Source of the DNA: Flectonema sp. DT1601
Lineage: Eukaryota
Direction: 5' to 3'
DNA length: 64,000 bases
NCBI GenBank assembly: GCA_964019425.1
Contig: OZ025783.1
Span: 930,001 to 994,000, forward strand
The notes below the pieces were generated by a model, which saw only the letters and a list, made by a program, of their open reading frames with translations, searched no databases and was not told where the DNA came from. Below, in pieces: positions 34,083 to 47,795 of this stretch; position 1 is the first letter of the stretch; every line of letters starts with the position of its first letter. The translations under genes and the position numbers were made by a program.

Positions 34083-37000
34083 TTAATTATGTGATAAATT
34101 ATTCCAAGATAGAAGTCCTTGAGGTTTGTTGTCATATACTTGTTGTTCGTACCAAGGCCAGTCTTGTTTCCAACGAGCAAACTCATCAGGAGGAAGATGT
34201 CTACTGAATCTAATTTTATCAGAAGACAATAATCGAACCCAATCAGATGTTGTGAAACAAGTGTTTGGAAGCTGAGCGGTGCTGAACTCATCGCGACCTT
34301 CTTCAGAGTGAACAATTAAAAGATAATATTTACTCCACCCTCCGAGGTTACGATCAATTCGATCAGTCAAAAACAACGTCCCCAAACCAAACCTACCACT
34401 CCAATCAACTTCATTATTAGAATGGAGAACTGATTGAGAAGCTCTTGGAGAACGAGCAATACTTCCACAAAGATGACAAGTAAATAATTCACTTGTTGTT
34501 GTTGAGTGATGATGTGATATCTTATTCTGATCATCAGTCGGGTTACCTCCCCATCTGATTTTTGAAAAGTCAGGTCCCGACACCACTGGAGCTATTGGTG
34601 GTGGCGGCGCTGGTTGTAGTGGTGCTGGTGGTGGTGTAACATTAGTAGGTCTTAAAGGAGGAGGAGGAGAGCGATACCTTCCTAGTTGTGGTTGTGGTTG
34701 TGGTTGTGAGTCCAACTGCTGTTGTAATCTGCGGGATTCTTCCTCTGCATTTTGTTTTTGCCGCTCAGCTTTTTTTAGTTTTGCTTCCAGTTCAGATATC
34801 TTTCTCTTATTCTCACCTCTGTGAATGCTCTCCGACAACACAGATGTCAGATCGTCTACTTTCTTTGTAGAACAACTACTAGCTTGTGAATAAAGTGTTA
34901 TTAGCTCTTCTTCTTGTCGCTCTACTTGTATATTTGAATGAAGTGAAGCAGTAAGCATTCCCTCCAACTCTTTCTCGAGTATCTGAACTTTTGATTTCAA
35001 GATGCTGATATCCGTCTCAAAACCTCCTCTCTCTTGTAAGAATGTCTCCTCACGGAGTTCGTGACTTTGGATAGTTTCCTAGTAGGATATTATTTGTTTC
35101 AAAACAAACTCATATCTTATTCAAAATAGTGGTTCTGGTTAGGGACCGTCAGTTTCGAATCAGAAACGATGACTAATAAAAGAATAACGAAGTATACATA
35201 CCAACATCTCTAAACGTTCGTATTCCCAGCCAGATTCTCGATCACCAAAGACTCGTTCCATAAGGCGCTCATGCTGTTTTGTTAGTTGATACTTATTAAA
35301 AGAACTGTCTTTGCGCCTCAAGTACAAAATGTAATTTTGGGAGTATAAATGTAATATTATTAAAATTGGGAGTCTACTCAGACAACTAGGAAAATTAAAG
35401 GAAACTGCAACTAAGACAGAATCAAACATTGTCTCTACATGCAAAAATCGGTACCGAGCATGCCAATCAGATGACTTGTAAACTAAATTATGCTCAGGAA
35501 CATGATGAGACTATAAACTTAATAGATGTGATCAAATGAATCCATACGTCAATTAAAACGTGTGGAAGAAGTCCAGCTGATGGATGAAAACATTAGGATA
35601 AAGAACCCAACATGCTTTTTCCGTTAAACGAGTAAATAAGATGTAATAAATACATACATGAATATTGTTCATCATCCTTCGTTCACGCTCGCCAGTTATC
35701 GCTCTACTCATCTCTTCAGACAATAAGAAGTGTTCCTGCTGAAGTATTTGTTTCTCTTCATACGTCGCCTGTTTTAGTTATTTACATGAAATCCAATCCG
35801 TGTCGCGCATAAACTCCTTAACTTAATTGTCATAGATGTTTGTACAAATAAGTAAACAGATAACATACTTTGTGTGATGTTATTGCAGATTGTAGATCAT
35901 TCACAAGGGAAGTATTCTTCTCATTCAGTTGTACTATCTCATCCTTGCTTGCTTTGAGTTGCAGACGGAGGAGCTCATCTTCAGAATCGGAAGACGAGTC
36001 ATTTTCTGTTTGCTGGAGTCGTTTGTTTTCTTCTTCGGACTTTTTGAGTCGCTTTTGTAGCTCAAGATTCTCTTCCTTTAATTTATCGGTTTGTCGATTT
36101 TGTTGTAAAACTTCTTTTTGAAGATTTTCATTGAGTTCGTTGAGGTTCTCCAGCTCTTCTTTTTTATCATCCCTCAGTGGGGACTCCGACCTTCGTATCT
36201 TTTCGGATAGAATAAGATTGCTCTCCTTTAAACGTCGTATCTCTTCGCTCCTACCACTGCTGCTTCTACTGACGGGTAGTGCAGCAGGCTGCTGTTCGGC
36301 TTCCTTAACTCGACCCTCAAGGTAAGCATTACGTCGTCTTAAATCTTCGAAGTCTTCCTCATTTGGTGATGCTGACCTGCTTCGTAAGGTTGCGGCCTCT
36401 TCTTCAGCAGTTTCTATTCTTTTCTCGAGAACTGCATTTCGGTGTTTGAGAATCTTAAGTTCTCGATCGTTAGGAGAGGTGCTACTACTACTATCAGAGT
36501 CGTTGTGAGAGGTTGTTATCAGAGGTCGGACGTCAACCTCTGCGATCTTTCGTATGAGACGAGCATTTTGCATTCGAAGTTTAGAAACCTCATCGTCGGA
36601 TACATCACCTCCTGGTGAAGTTGTTTGTATATCTTCCCATGTGATTGGGTGTTCTGTTCTTTTTGTACCTGCCAGCTGTTGTTTTAACGAACTAGTTTCT
36701 TCTTCCGCATGCTTTGCTCTCCTCTCAGAAGCACCAACAATGTTTGCCATCTCTTCGAGTTGTCTTACTAATAATTGCTGTTGATGAGTTGTGCTAACAT
36801 CTGATTGACTTCTTGACCAAGGCTGTGCTGAGTGGGATGGTTCTCTACTTCTGGCGTACAATGAAGAAGTGTCAGCAATTGATTCTTTTTCTCTTTGATT
36901 TGGATAGTAATTAGTTGCTGATATTTTATTACTTCGCACACCAATTGAGTCTCTGCGTCTACCTGGTGTCGTATGGTCTGAACTGCGTCTTGAATTCTGA

Positions 37001-37710
37001 AGTTCCGTGTCCTTCAATTTCCGTTTTAGGTATTCATCAGGCTCTCCAGAAGTTGACATCACGAACATGACTCGTTCATCGTCTGCGAATTGGGTTCGTT
37101 TTTTCCTTTTCTTTCTAGTTTTTGGAGTGTGTTGCTGACGATTTAAAAATGAACTGTCGGAGTCAGAAGAATGAGTTGTTTCATCACCCTTCAAGATTAC
37201 TTTATAAGTCTGAGGTATTTCCCTCTGAGGTATTAACTTATAATTCGGAACTGAAGACTGAGGGGATGCTACCAAGCTAACGTAGTTACTCTGCGGAGCA
37301 TTCTTTGATATTTTTGGTGAACTTCGAGTGCTACCCTGCAGGTCATGAGCTTGTTGATTACGATCAGTGTATGCTTGGTGAGCTTTATCTTTCTTTGCCT
37401 TTGGAGTAGTTAGGACAGATAAGACTTGTCTTTGTAACTCTTCAACTGTAGTTCCTGGTAGTGGTGTACCATCAGTTTCCTCCCAACTAATACTTGTGGG
37501 TAATAAACTTTTTCCGTGTTCTGATTTCACTACTGTACTCCCTCCTTGTTCAACTCTCCATCTTCCCTTCTGATGAAATAACCTTTTATCACCACATCCC
37601 CACATGGGTCGTAAATTATGACTTTCAAGCATCAGATCGTAACGTCCATCTATTTCGCTCCATTCTGAACTGCGGACGTCTAGCTTTACCGGAATGCTGG
37701 ATGATTGCAT
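34083..37710 (-). CDS. Hypothetical coiled-coil protein, 4 exons, with a globular Trp-rich C-terminal domain
   Basis: Exons 35869-37710, 35658-35768, 35202-35273 and 34083-35078 join in frame through phase-0 GTATGT introns 35769-35868, 35274-35657 and 35079-35201. Confidence 0.7.
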
Positions 37711-39648
37711 GTGAACATTGCCTGGAAAATAATTGTTTTATAAAGTAATTTACTGCGCTCATAGATTCTGAAGAACAGCTTTCGTCGCTGTTTTGTATTT
37801 CACAAACTTCTTTCTGTTTATATTTTCTTCCTATCGATCCTTCCTATCGATTCACTCGCAGGGTTGAAGGAAATGGAAGGACAAGAAGGATAAATTGTAT
37901 TACGAAAATATTTTCTTTTTTTTAATAGTTCTTATCGAAAACAAAACCTCGATTCCGAGGCAAAGAAACAACCGATTCGACTTTTTTTCGAAAACAAGAT
38001 AATATAGACAGAGATAACTGATCCCAAAGTGGTGTTGCTGCCAGCTGTTCATCGAAATGGAGCAATTGGTAAGCTTCGATGGCCGCAACAGGAGATGCAA
38101 TCCGGGATAGAGGTCTACATTGGACGAAAGCGAGAAGAGAAAAGCTATTCACTGACTCAACAAAAACGACTCGTCAATCTCTCTGCTCTCAATAATATAT
38201 ATTTTTTGACCAACAATTGGATTGTAACACAGATTGCCGCATTCTACAGAAAGGAATTCGGCCACATGAAACCTCAAGTCGGCAAAAATATTATTTTAAA
38301 AAAAATGAAACAAAAGTAGTCGAATTCTCATAGAGGGATGGTATACAATGGCAGTAAATAGTAATAAGCTATTTACCACCTTTCAAAAGACACAAAACAG
38401 AAAAAAAAAAGGAGAGAAAAAAGAAATGTGTGTGTGGTTTACCTACGCTCAACACCTCGATATTATTTCATCAGAAGTGGTGAGGAAATATTTGTTTGTT
38501 TTTTAGTTGCTTAAGATGTCTGTCTTGAAAAAAAAGCTCAACGCACATTTATGAGGCTTTCTAACAGTAAAAGACTATGAAGCAAACAAGAAAATAAAAA
38601 AATAAGAAAACGATAAAAAATAATAATAAAAAGCAATTAAAACTCTTGGGAAGTGTACCGTGAAACCTCGACGTCCGACCGCACGTTTCTTTTTATTTTT
38701 TTATTTCGAATTGGCAAGTGCTTATCGGCGGAGGTGTCACTTTTTCTTTTCTTTTTTTTTTTTTTTTTCATAAATCTCAGTAAGACGCATAAGTTAGAAT
38801 ATGAGTTTGTTAGATTATTTTGAGGGTGAGCAAAATGGACAAGGTCAAGAAGTTTTGAAAGAAGGAAAAAAAAAATAACCCAAAATGAATGAAAGAATAA
38901 CGAAACCTCATAATTGGACTCGCATTAAAAAAACAATTACTTCCGAGTTGAATTTCATAAGTCGTTTCCCTCTGTACAATTTAAGTTGCCGCCGCGTCTA
39001 TTTAGAAAAACAAAAATGACGCCGTACTGTGAGAAGGAAACTCGCAAAGCCCGCATCTGAAATTCCGGATTCTGTCAGCTGGGTTGCTCGTGTCGCTGAT
39101 CGAAAAAATGGATTTCATTGAACTTTCAATTTTCGAATGAGATGCCAAAAGAGGTTCAGGAAACGATATTAAAATCAAAGCCATTCCAACACACTGTCTT
39201 TTGTCAATAAAATAATGACAAAGTCGTGCTGTAATATTTTAACCCCGTTTTTTATCAATCTGGTTTTTTTACGAGGAGGGAAAATATCCCCCGTAGTAAG
39301 AAAGATAAAACGGATTACCTTTTTTTATTTTTATTATTTATTATTTATTTTTTTTTTTTGCACAAGTGTTAGTTGAAATCAATCAAATGGGGTAAGAAAA
39401 AGGGGAATATAATAATATAAATAATTGAGGAAAACAAAAAACAAGAAAAAAAGAAAAGCATTCTTTTTTTTTTTTCCCATTAAAAAAACTGAAACCAGCA
39501 AAGCACCATTTCCCTCCCATAATCAAATATTTAATAGGATTTTAAAATGGGTTATGAATGCAACATATTTGCTGCTAAAAAATATAATTTACGATGGTTG
39601 AGGCGATTCAACGAGAACCGCCATATTATATTAATAATTATATCACCG

Positions 39649-39909
39649 TCAGGGTAAGTACAGCGCTCCCAGCCGTAGCCATTGCTCAGATTTTCTCATC
39701 GCTAATTCCGTATGGCTTTGAGATAAGGATAAAGAATTACTACTCTCTTTTCGTTTATCCGGTGGTGGTTCTTCACCGAGCTTCTTCTTCAAAGCAGCCT
39801 TAATCTTCTGAATGAAAGTTTTCTTCTTTATCTTCTTCTCAATTGGGAATGGGTAGTACTGTAGCAATGCAAGGGTACCTCTTGGGACAGGACGCTTCTC
39901 ACCGCACAT
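39649..39909 (-). CDS. Small basic orphan protein (86 aa)
   Basis: The ORF has its own acceptor-like site (tttaatttgcatcttctacAG), an A/C-rich leader and an aaacaATG context like neighbouring genes. Confidence 0.55.
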   Translation of the reverse strand: MCGEKRPVPRGTLALLQYYPFPIEKKIKKKTFIQKIKAALKKKLGEEPPPDKRKESSNSLSLSQSHTELAMRKSEQWLRLGALYLP

Positions 39910-40537
39910 TGTTTTATAGGTTTTTAGGTTTTACACAGAGAGTGCTGTAGAAGATGCAAATTAAAAACTGTCGTAAAGGAAAAAGAAAACACAACAAGCC
40001 CAACATTTTTATTCCGAGAACTGAGAATCCTATGGAAAAAAAGAAATAGTCACACCCACAGTAGAACCGAAAGAAAAAAAAAGAAGAAAAAAAAACAAGA
40101 ACAAAGCAAACAAGTCACTAGTACGCCTAAATCCTTTGTATTTTTTTTTTTCGAGCAAACCTTTTCTAACGTTGCTCTTAGTCTATCGAAATCTACTAAC
40201 TTGGCAATAATAGTATTTCCCAACAACTTTGAATATTCTACCCCACAATAATAACAGTAAACCCGGTCATGATAGGAACAACAGGTGTTTTCGCAAAGAG
40301 AATCATCAACGAGGTGAGAACTCTTATTTTTGTGACAAGAAAAAAATATATACTTCTAGCAGGGGGTGGTAAGGGGAAATACAAAACAGAAAGAATAAGT
40401 AAGGATTCCTCACGCTTTCTTAAGCTTGGAATACAACAAAAAAAAAAAAGAAAAAAGAACAAAGAACGAAGTAAAATGAATTTATTATCACGCAAAAGCT
40501 GTGCTGCGCATTCACGCACATCTGTTTGTTAAGTTTA

Positions 40538-43312
40538 TCAGCGTGAGCTTTTTTGTTTTAATAATCCAGTTACATGTGCCGGTGGTGCAGGCGCTGTTCC
40601 TATCTGTTTGTTGAGAAATTAACAACAATTTTTTTTTTTTTTTTGATCTTTAAATAATAGAATAAAGAAATATTTCATACCAATTCATGTTTACGAAATA
40701 TCTCATTAGCCTGCTCCCTGAGTTCAGATGCCGAGAAGCGAGGAGTAGTTGAATATTGATTAACAGTTGGAGGTGGTGATCGACCTCGCACGCTAGCAGG
40801 AGGAGGTGATTTTGATGCAACTAAATACGACGGTACCTTTGACTTGACATATACTTTGGCAGTGTACTTGGCTCCATTGCCAGGCTGTTTTTTGTTACTT
40901 AAAAAGGCTGCTCTTTGATTTGTTCAGATACTTTGTTTATAAAAATAGCATACCATTATGTCACTTTCCGCTGGTTCAACCTCGACCTCGTAGAGAGTCT
41001 CGTCTCTAATTAATTTCATGTATACAGCTTGATCTGGAGGATGTTGTTGTAATACAGCTTTTAGACTTTCTTGACTTGTAATTTCTGTTCCCTCAACCTC
41101 AATTATCAAGTCTCCCTGTTGAAGACCTGCAGCTAGAGAAGGTCCTCTGACTTCAACGATTCGCAGCCCTCCATGTCCTCCAAGTTCAGACTGTTGGTTG
41201 GTAGTTTAATTTCGAAGTTGATGCCACAAAAAAAACTAAAAACGAATGTTCACAAAATGTACATACTCTAAGAGCTCCCAGTTCGAGTCCCAAGAAAGGA
41301 TATTTCTTGGTGTCTGATATTTCCTGGAGCCGCTTTTTTCTTCTTTTCGCAGGCGTTCGGGTTTGTTTTCCGTTAGCTTCTTTCTTAAGTTTGCTGAGGG
41401 CTTCTTCGTGAGAGCGTTTTTGTAATTCCTGCTGCATGAGGTAGTTTTGGTGTTGGAGGTCAATTCTTTCTTGAAGTTCTTCAACCTTGTGAGTTCCTTC
41501 TGTTTCCTTTTGTTGAAGAGTTGTTATAAGACTACTGAGATCAGCAACAAGGTGACCTGAGTCGGTGTTGTCTTCCAGTTGGCGGATTCTCTCATGAAGT
41601 TCTTCGTTGATTTGACGAAGCTCGTTAATGTCTTCCTTGGATGCCAGTTCTTCATACGCGTCTTGTAGTTCAATTTCTCTATCATCAAGGACTCGTTGGA
41701 GCTCTTCAAGTCTTTCAGAGAGTGCCATGTCCCTTCCTTCACCGTCTTGCATTAGTACGTTTTCTAACTCTTCAACTTGTCGTTGTTTTTCATCATTTTG
41801 TTTTAATAATTCGTTTACTTCATCTTCTCGTTGTATTATTGTATTCATAAGTTCTTGAACTCGTTCAGTGTCGTTTTCGTTATCTGTGTAGTCAGTTTGA
41901 ACAATTTTGTTGTCCATTCGCACAGACGGTTTCGAGGTTTCTAAACCATCATTTGCCATCGTCAAATCTTTAATTTCACTATGGAGTTGTTTATTCCTCT
42001 CACGTAACTCTGTCATCTCATCGAGGAGTTCTTCGAGGTGGTCCTGGTCAGTTTCGTTCCTATCGATAAGTTTATTTTCGTTGTTGTGATAATCTGATAA
42101 TTGATTCTCTAATTCAGTAATCTTCGCAGACTGTTCACTAATTGTTTGATTCTTACCATGAATAAGTTCTGACATCTTTTCATTATCGTCTTGCTCCTCA
42201 AGAAGAAGTTTATTACTGTAGTTTTCCTTCTGAGATTCCAATCTTTTTAAATCCTCTCGGAGACGAGCATTCTCAGCTTCCAGAAGGGCACTCGGTGAAG
42301 CGCTTCCTCTGTTTATAAATGGACTGATGTTTGTTACTAAATATTTTGTTATTACTGAAAGGCGATCGATCTCACCTTCGGGTCCGTTGCGAACATCACC
42401 AAATCGAAGATCAGTTGTTGTTGAATTGTCATTCATTGATATTACTGTTGCTCTTAAGTTATCAACAACAATAGACAACTCCTCACTTGGTAGGTTTTCC
42501 CTTGCCATCGTCGCAAGTCGATTCGCTCGTTCACTTTCTTCGGTTAGCAGCTGCGTCATACCAACGTCTTCGAAATCACCCACACTCACTAATGAGCCAG
42601 GTTCGAATTCCCTCGAGTAACACATCTCAAGTTTGTCAAGTGCTAGTCGCATGTTATTCAAAACTGAAAGCTGTTTTCGAGAACTTTGATCATCTCTTCT
42701 TTGTGATGGTTTCCATTCCTCTGATTTCTTAGAGAGATAAACTCTTGTATTATCACCCTCATCATGATTAAGAGAGAGGAGATCACCAAGTAAACCTTTT
42801 GTATCTTGAATGTTACGAGAGAGTCGTTCGAGTTCAGAGCGAGCGTGGCCGCCTCCAGAATCTCGACGTTCGCTGTAGCCGGTGCGAACGCTTTCCCCTC
42901 TCGTAACTTCGGTATTTTCATTTCTTCCCGGAGGCAACCAGCCACGTCTTTCGTATCTCGATACACTACTGGTGGCACTGCGTTGGTCTAAGTCATTATC
43001 ACTTCTTGTGTCAGCTGATCTCATGTTGTACTCTCTGTCGCGATCACGGTGGATACTTTCCCCTCTGTAACTATCACCATCTCTGTAGTCTTGATCTCTT
43101 CGATAACTTTGCTCACGGTCTCGGTCTCTTACGCTCAGCCTTCTGCTGGAAGATGTTTCGTAATCTCTCCGACTCTCTACGTCAGCATCTCTTTCACTTC
43201 TGGAATCACCACCTCGGTAGTCAGAGCGGTGATCTGATCGATAATCTGATCTGTAGTCGTCACTTCGGTAATTTGAATATTCTCGTCCTCTGTCTCTACT
43301 CCTGCTACTCAT
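40538..43312 (-). CDS. RS/RD-rich N-terminus, coiled-coil, C-terminal PDZ domain protein
   Basis: Spliced PDZ reads PFLGLELGALR|SELGGHGGLRIVEVRGPSLAAGLQQGDLIIEVEG. Phase-0 introns at 41191-41266, 40885-40953 and 40604-40680. Ends LKQKSSR*. Confidence 0.78.
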
Positions 43313-43765
43313 TAGGTCCTGTTGGGATAATTGAAATTAATAAAAACTTCTAAAATACATCAAACTGACAGAGCTACTCCCTCACAATAATTATGTCTGC
43401 CTGTAAAGTATAAATGATATGTTCTGGTGTTGTCAGGTAAGGAGGAATGGAAATGCCGCCTGAGTTTTATGTAGTGTTTTTCCCTTCAACCACTGATGGG
43501 TTTTGGTAGGGATCAGTTAGACATGTAATGAGTAATGACGTACAGTAATAACGTACGACTTACTCACTGGAAGTAAACTGATGACTGGCGGTGTGCTGAT
43601 TTTTTTTTTTTGGAATCAAAGATACTTAAATCAACATTGCTGATTACAAGACTGTTGCATCGGTCGTAACTGACTGCTGATGGTAGTGCGCGCACGCACA
43701 GCTCTTTCGCACCTAACTTAACACTCTGTGACTTCTTTAATTTTATTTTATCTGATGTACATTGT

Positions 43766-44172
43766 TTACCAGGTAGGGTCCTTGCTCTTCTTACGTCCCT
43801 GGTCGGCCAACTCAAAGTGTTTACATCTTTTGATAGACGATAACTTAACTCTCTTACACTTGGTACATTGCAACTTGAGGGAGATCTTCTTAGTAGTCTT
43901 CGCCTTCTTGTGGAAGACTGGCTTGGTCTGTCCTCCGAATCCCTTCTGCTTGGCGTCGTAACGACGCTTTCCCTGAGCGCAGAGACGAGACTTACCAGAC
44001 TTGTACTGTACAACCTGTTTTATTTTTATTTATTTTTTAGTTTTGGTTTTATTGATGTCAACTTGGAATTATCTATAAAAAAGAAATTAATAAAGAAACA
44101 CACCTTGTGGTTGACGTAAGTCAGGCAGTTTCCTGCACAGTACGACTTCTTCGACTTTGGATAATTAACCAT
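43766..44172 (-). CDS. RPL44: 60S ribosomal protein eL42 (L44/L36a)
   Basis: [12 protein letters not shown]...[11 protein letters not shown]...[20 protein letters not shown]...KDPTW*. Phase-0 intron at 44015-44103. Confidence 0.96.
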
Positions 44173-45186
44173 TTTCTTCTGATAAGATCCTAGAAAGAGA
44201 TTTGGAACAAATAAATAAGAGTTAAGATACATAACGGAGAGTTAAACCACTGCTGTAGAATGGAAGAAGAAGTTATCAATTTTCTATAACGTCAGTCTGC
44301 TTTCTGTAGTTAACGCACGGGTAATAAACATCGTAAGAGATGTCTGGATTTTGCTCCAAAAAAGTTAAGTTGTTGTTTTTTTTTTTTTTTCTGTCGAATT
44401 TATTTTTTTCTCTTTTTTTTTCTGTTGTTATTTTCTGTTTGCTTTTTTTTTTTTTTTTTTTTAAATGTTTTTTTTTTTATTCCTCAGGTCACACCCTCCC
44501 AAAGAAATGCAAAGATGTCTTGGTCAACGGTCGAACGGCGTATCTATAAGAAAGGGCAATTGCTGACACTTGCGAAGCGTACAGTTTCTCACTTCCGGTT
44601 GATTATCACAACATCTATCAGACCTGGAAATGCCATTAACTTCTTACTAGGAGAGCTCCGCGGGTCGGAAGCAACGCTCGCGACGTTGCGCGTTTTTTTT
44701 TTTTTTTTTTTTTGGTTTTTTTTCGTGAGTCTTATGCTTTGCAGAGGGAGGGTAGTACCTGAGAATTTATGGTTTTTCTTTTATCGTTTCTTCCTTTTTT
44801 ATTAAAAAAAAGGAATTTTTTTTTGTTCGTGAAAAAGCCTTAAGCAGGTGAAGCAAGGTTGTGCCCACAATCCTCAACGCTTAGAATAATAAGCATGAGC
44901 ATCATAAAATTGGCGATCCCACACACGTTCCCAGATGTGGAATAAAATCTGTCTTTCTGCAAGTCCATTTGGAAGGACAACAGTTAACAGAGTTATAAAC
45001 TACAACACGCGACTATAAGGCTATAAATAAAAACTGGTTGGTAAGTCCCTTCCAGGTGTGTTAAAAGGAAGCGTTGGAGCGAAAAATGCGGCTGCCACGC
45101 CTGCACGGCAACTAGAATATTAGTACTGGCAGTTGTTTTATAGAATTTCCCGACATAACTATCGTCGAGAGCTTGAGAGGAGGCGA

Positions 45187-46223
<1,037 letters not shown>

Positions 46224-46322
46224 TTATAGTTACTTTGTAATAATATTATTTATGTTAAAATCAATATAGTCTGCTAATCATCTACAATTGAAGAAACATT
46301 TAAGTTGTGAACTGAGTTGACC

Positions 46323-46706
46323 TCACCTGTTGGAAGACTTTTTGTCATTTTGTTCAGCAAAACGAACTCTTCTCGACACCCACGCATACATCCCGACATT
46401 ATTAGCTCCTCTAACGACTTGTTTATAACGAGCCTCCGCCTCTCGTCTGGTCATCGGAGGAAGTGATTGTTTTTGCTGAGTACTCTTTGTGGTCGCTGTT
46501 ATCACCCATCCGGTGTTGTTTTCGCCTTCTAAATCAACGACTTCTCCAAATGACAATGAGCTTTTATTAATGTCATTAGCGGTAGTCACAGATGTTCTCT
46601 CTCCACTGCTTCCAATAATATTTACGAGCGGATTGTTATTTCCGTCAAACCCAACCACCTTCGCCTTCTTCACAACGCTGCGTAATTGCACTCTCAGCCG
46701 CAGCAT
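46323..46706 (-). CDS. Hypothetical small protein (127 aa), possibly mitochondrial
   Basis: ORF with an Arg-rich N-terminus (MLRLRVQLRS). Upstream site is actactcgcAG 11 nt before the ATG. Confidence 0.6.
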   Translation of the reverse strand: MLRLRVQLRSVVKKAKVVGFDGNNNPLVNIIGSSGERTSVTTANDINKSSLSFGEVVDLEGENNTGWVITATTKSTQQKQSLPPMTRREAEARYKQVVRGANNVGMYAWVSRRVRFAEQNDKKSSNR

Positions 46707-47015
46707 ATCGTAAAATCCTGCGAGTAGTAGTTGCTGGGTACTAACTACACACTTTGTTTAAAAAAAAAAAAAAGAAAAAAAGCTACAGATATTAAATGCT
46801 CCCTTTAAGGTGTCTTCTGTAACAAACGAAAGGGAGTATAAATACAGAAGACCGTTAACAAATTTCCAACTGATACGTAATAGTAATAAAAATGATTAGT
46901 CCACACGTTAATAGGATAGCTATTTGGGTCTACGAATCGACTACATGAAATCGGTGGTAAATAAAACACTTTTTTTTTTTGTTTCCCTTCTACTGCTACG
47001 CTAGGAGGTATTTGT

Positions 47016-47795
47016 TTAACGCTTTCTCTTCTTCTTTCCTTGCTTGCGACCGACAGCTCTTCCACCAATGCGACGGTTGCTACCAATTTGATCGAGGCGG
47101 CCAGATGCCAGAGAACGAGGATCATTATATTTATTGATATCATATTTATCATCCCACATCGATCCTCTTCCTGAAGATCTTCCTTTTGAAGATCCTTCTG
47201 CGCGTCTTTTGAGGGAACGAATTTCCATCTGCTTGACCTTCCTCCTGTCGAGAACGATCTCTCCTCGCTTGTCAGATCCCAAAGCAGTTCTGTGAATGTA
47301 TCCTTCCTTAGCTGCTTGTCTCTTGTTTCGTACAACCAGTTCAGTTCTCTTAAGCATTCCTTCTCTGCGACGTTCCTTAACTTTAGAACCCTCCACCAAG
47401 TCGTAGAGACCAGTCTCTTCCTCGAGTGCAATCTTTTGCCGATTTTCGTCTTTTTCATTTTGAGCTCTTTCAAGATACTTCTTAAAGCTGCACTTGTTGC
47501 GTTTTAAAGGAATTCCACCCAGTCGGCAGAACTCTGCTTCCCACCGATCTTTTTTATTTTTTTTGGTCCAATTTTCTTCATCGAGTTCCTCAAGTCTTTT
47601 GTACACGTCGGTCATCTGCTTGTCAAGTTTAGCATTAAGTCCTTCTGCTTCTAGATCATCTTCATCTCTCTTTCTCTTCACCTTTCTCTTTTCCTCTCCC
47701 TGCTGCCAGTCTGACAGCGCACCTGAGTTGTGATCCCATCTCGTGTGCTTTCCCTTCTTTTGTTTTGCCTGTAAAAATTTCTCTACTTTCGGCAT
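47016..47795 (-). CDS. 40S small-subunit processome assembly factor (C1orf131/FSAF1, Faf1-like)
   Basis: Basic, nucleolar-type protein. RLGGIPLKRNKCSFKKY resembles the LG.K..K....Y motif of the family. Probable start is MPKVEKF. Confidence 0.55.
   Translation of the reverse strand: MPKVEKFLQAKQKKGKHTRWDHNSGALSDWQQGEEKRKVKRKRDEDDLEAEGLNAKLDKQMTDVYKRLEELDEENWTKKNKKDRWEAEFCRLGGIPLKRNKCSFKKYLERAQNEKDENRQKIALEEETGLYDLVEGSKVKERRREGMLKRTELVVRNKRQAAKEGYIHRTALGSDKRGEIVLDRRKVKQMEIRSLKRRAEGSSKGRSSGRGSMWDDKYDINKYNDPRSLASGRLDQIGSNRRIGGRAVGRKQGKKKRKR

Noticed and set aside
43564..44013. 149-aa minus-strand ORF
   Set aside because: An out-of-frame reading of RPL44 exon 2.
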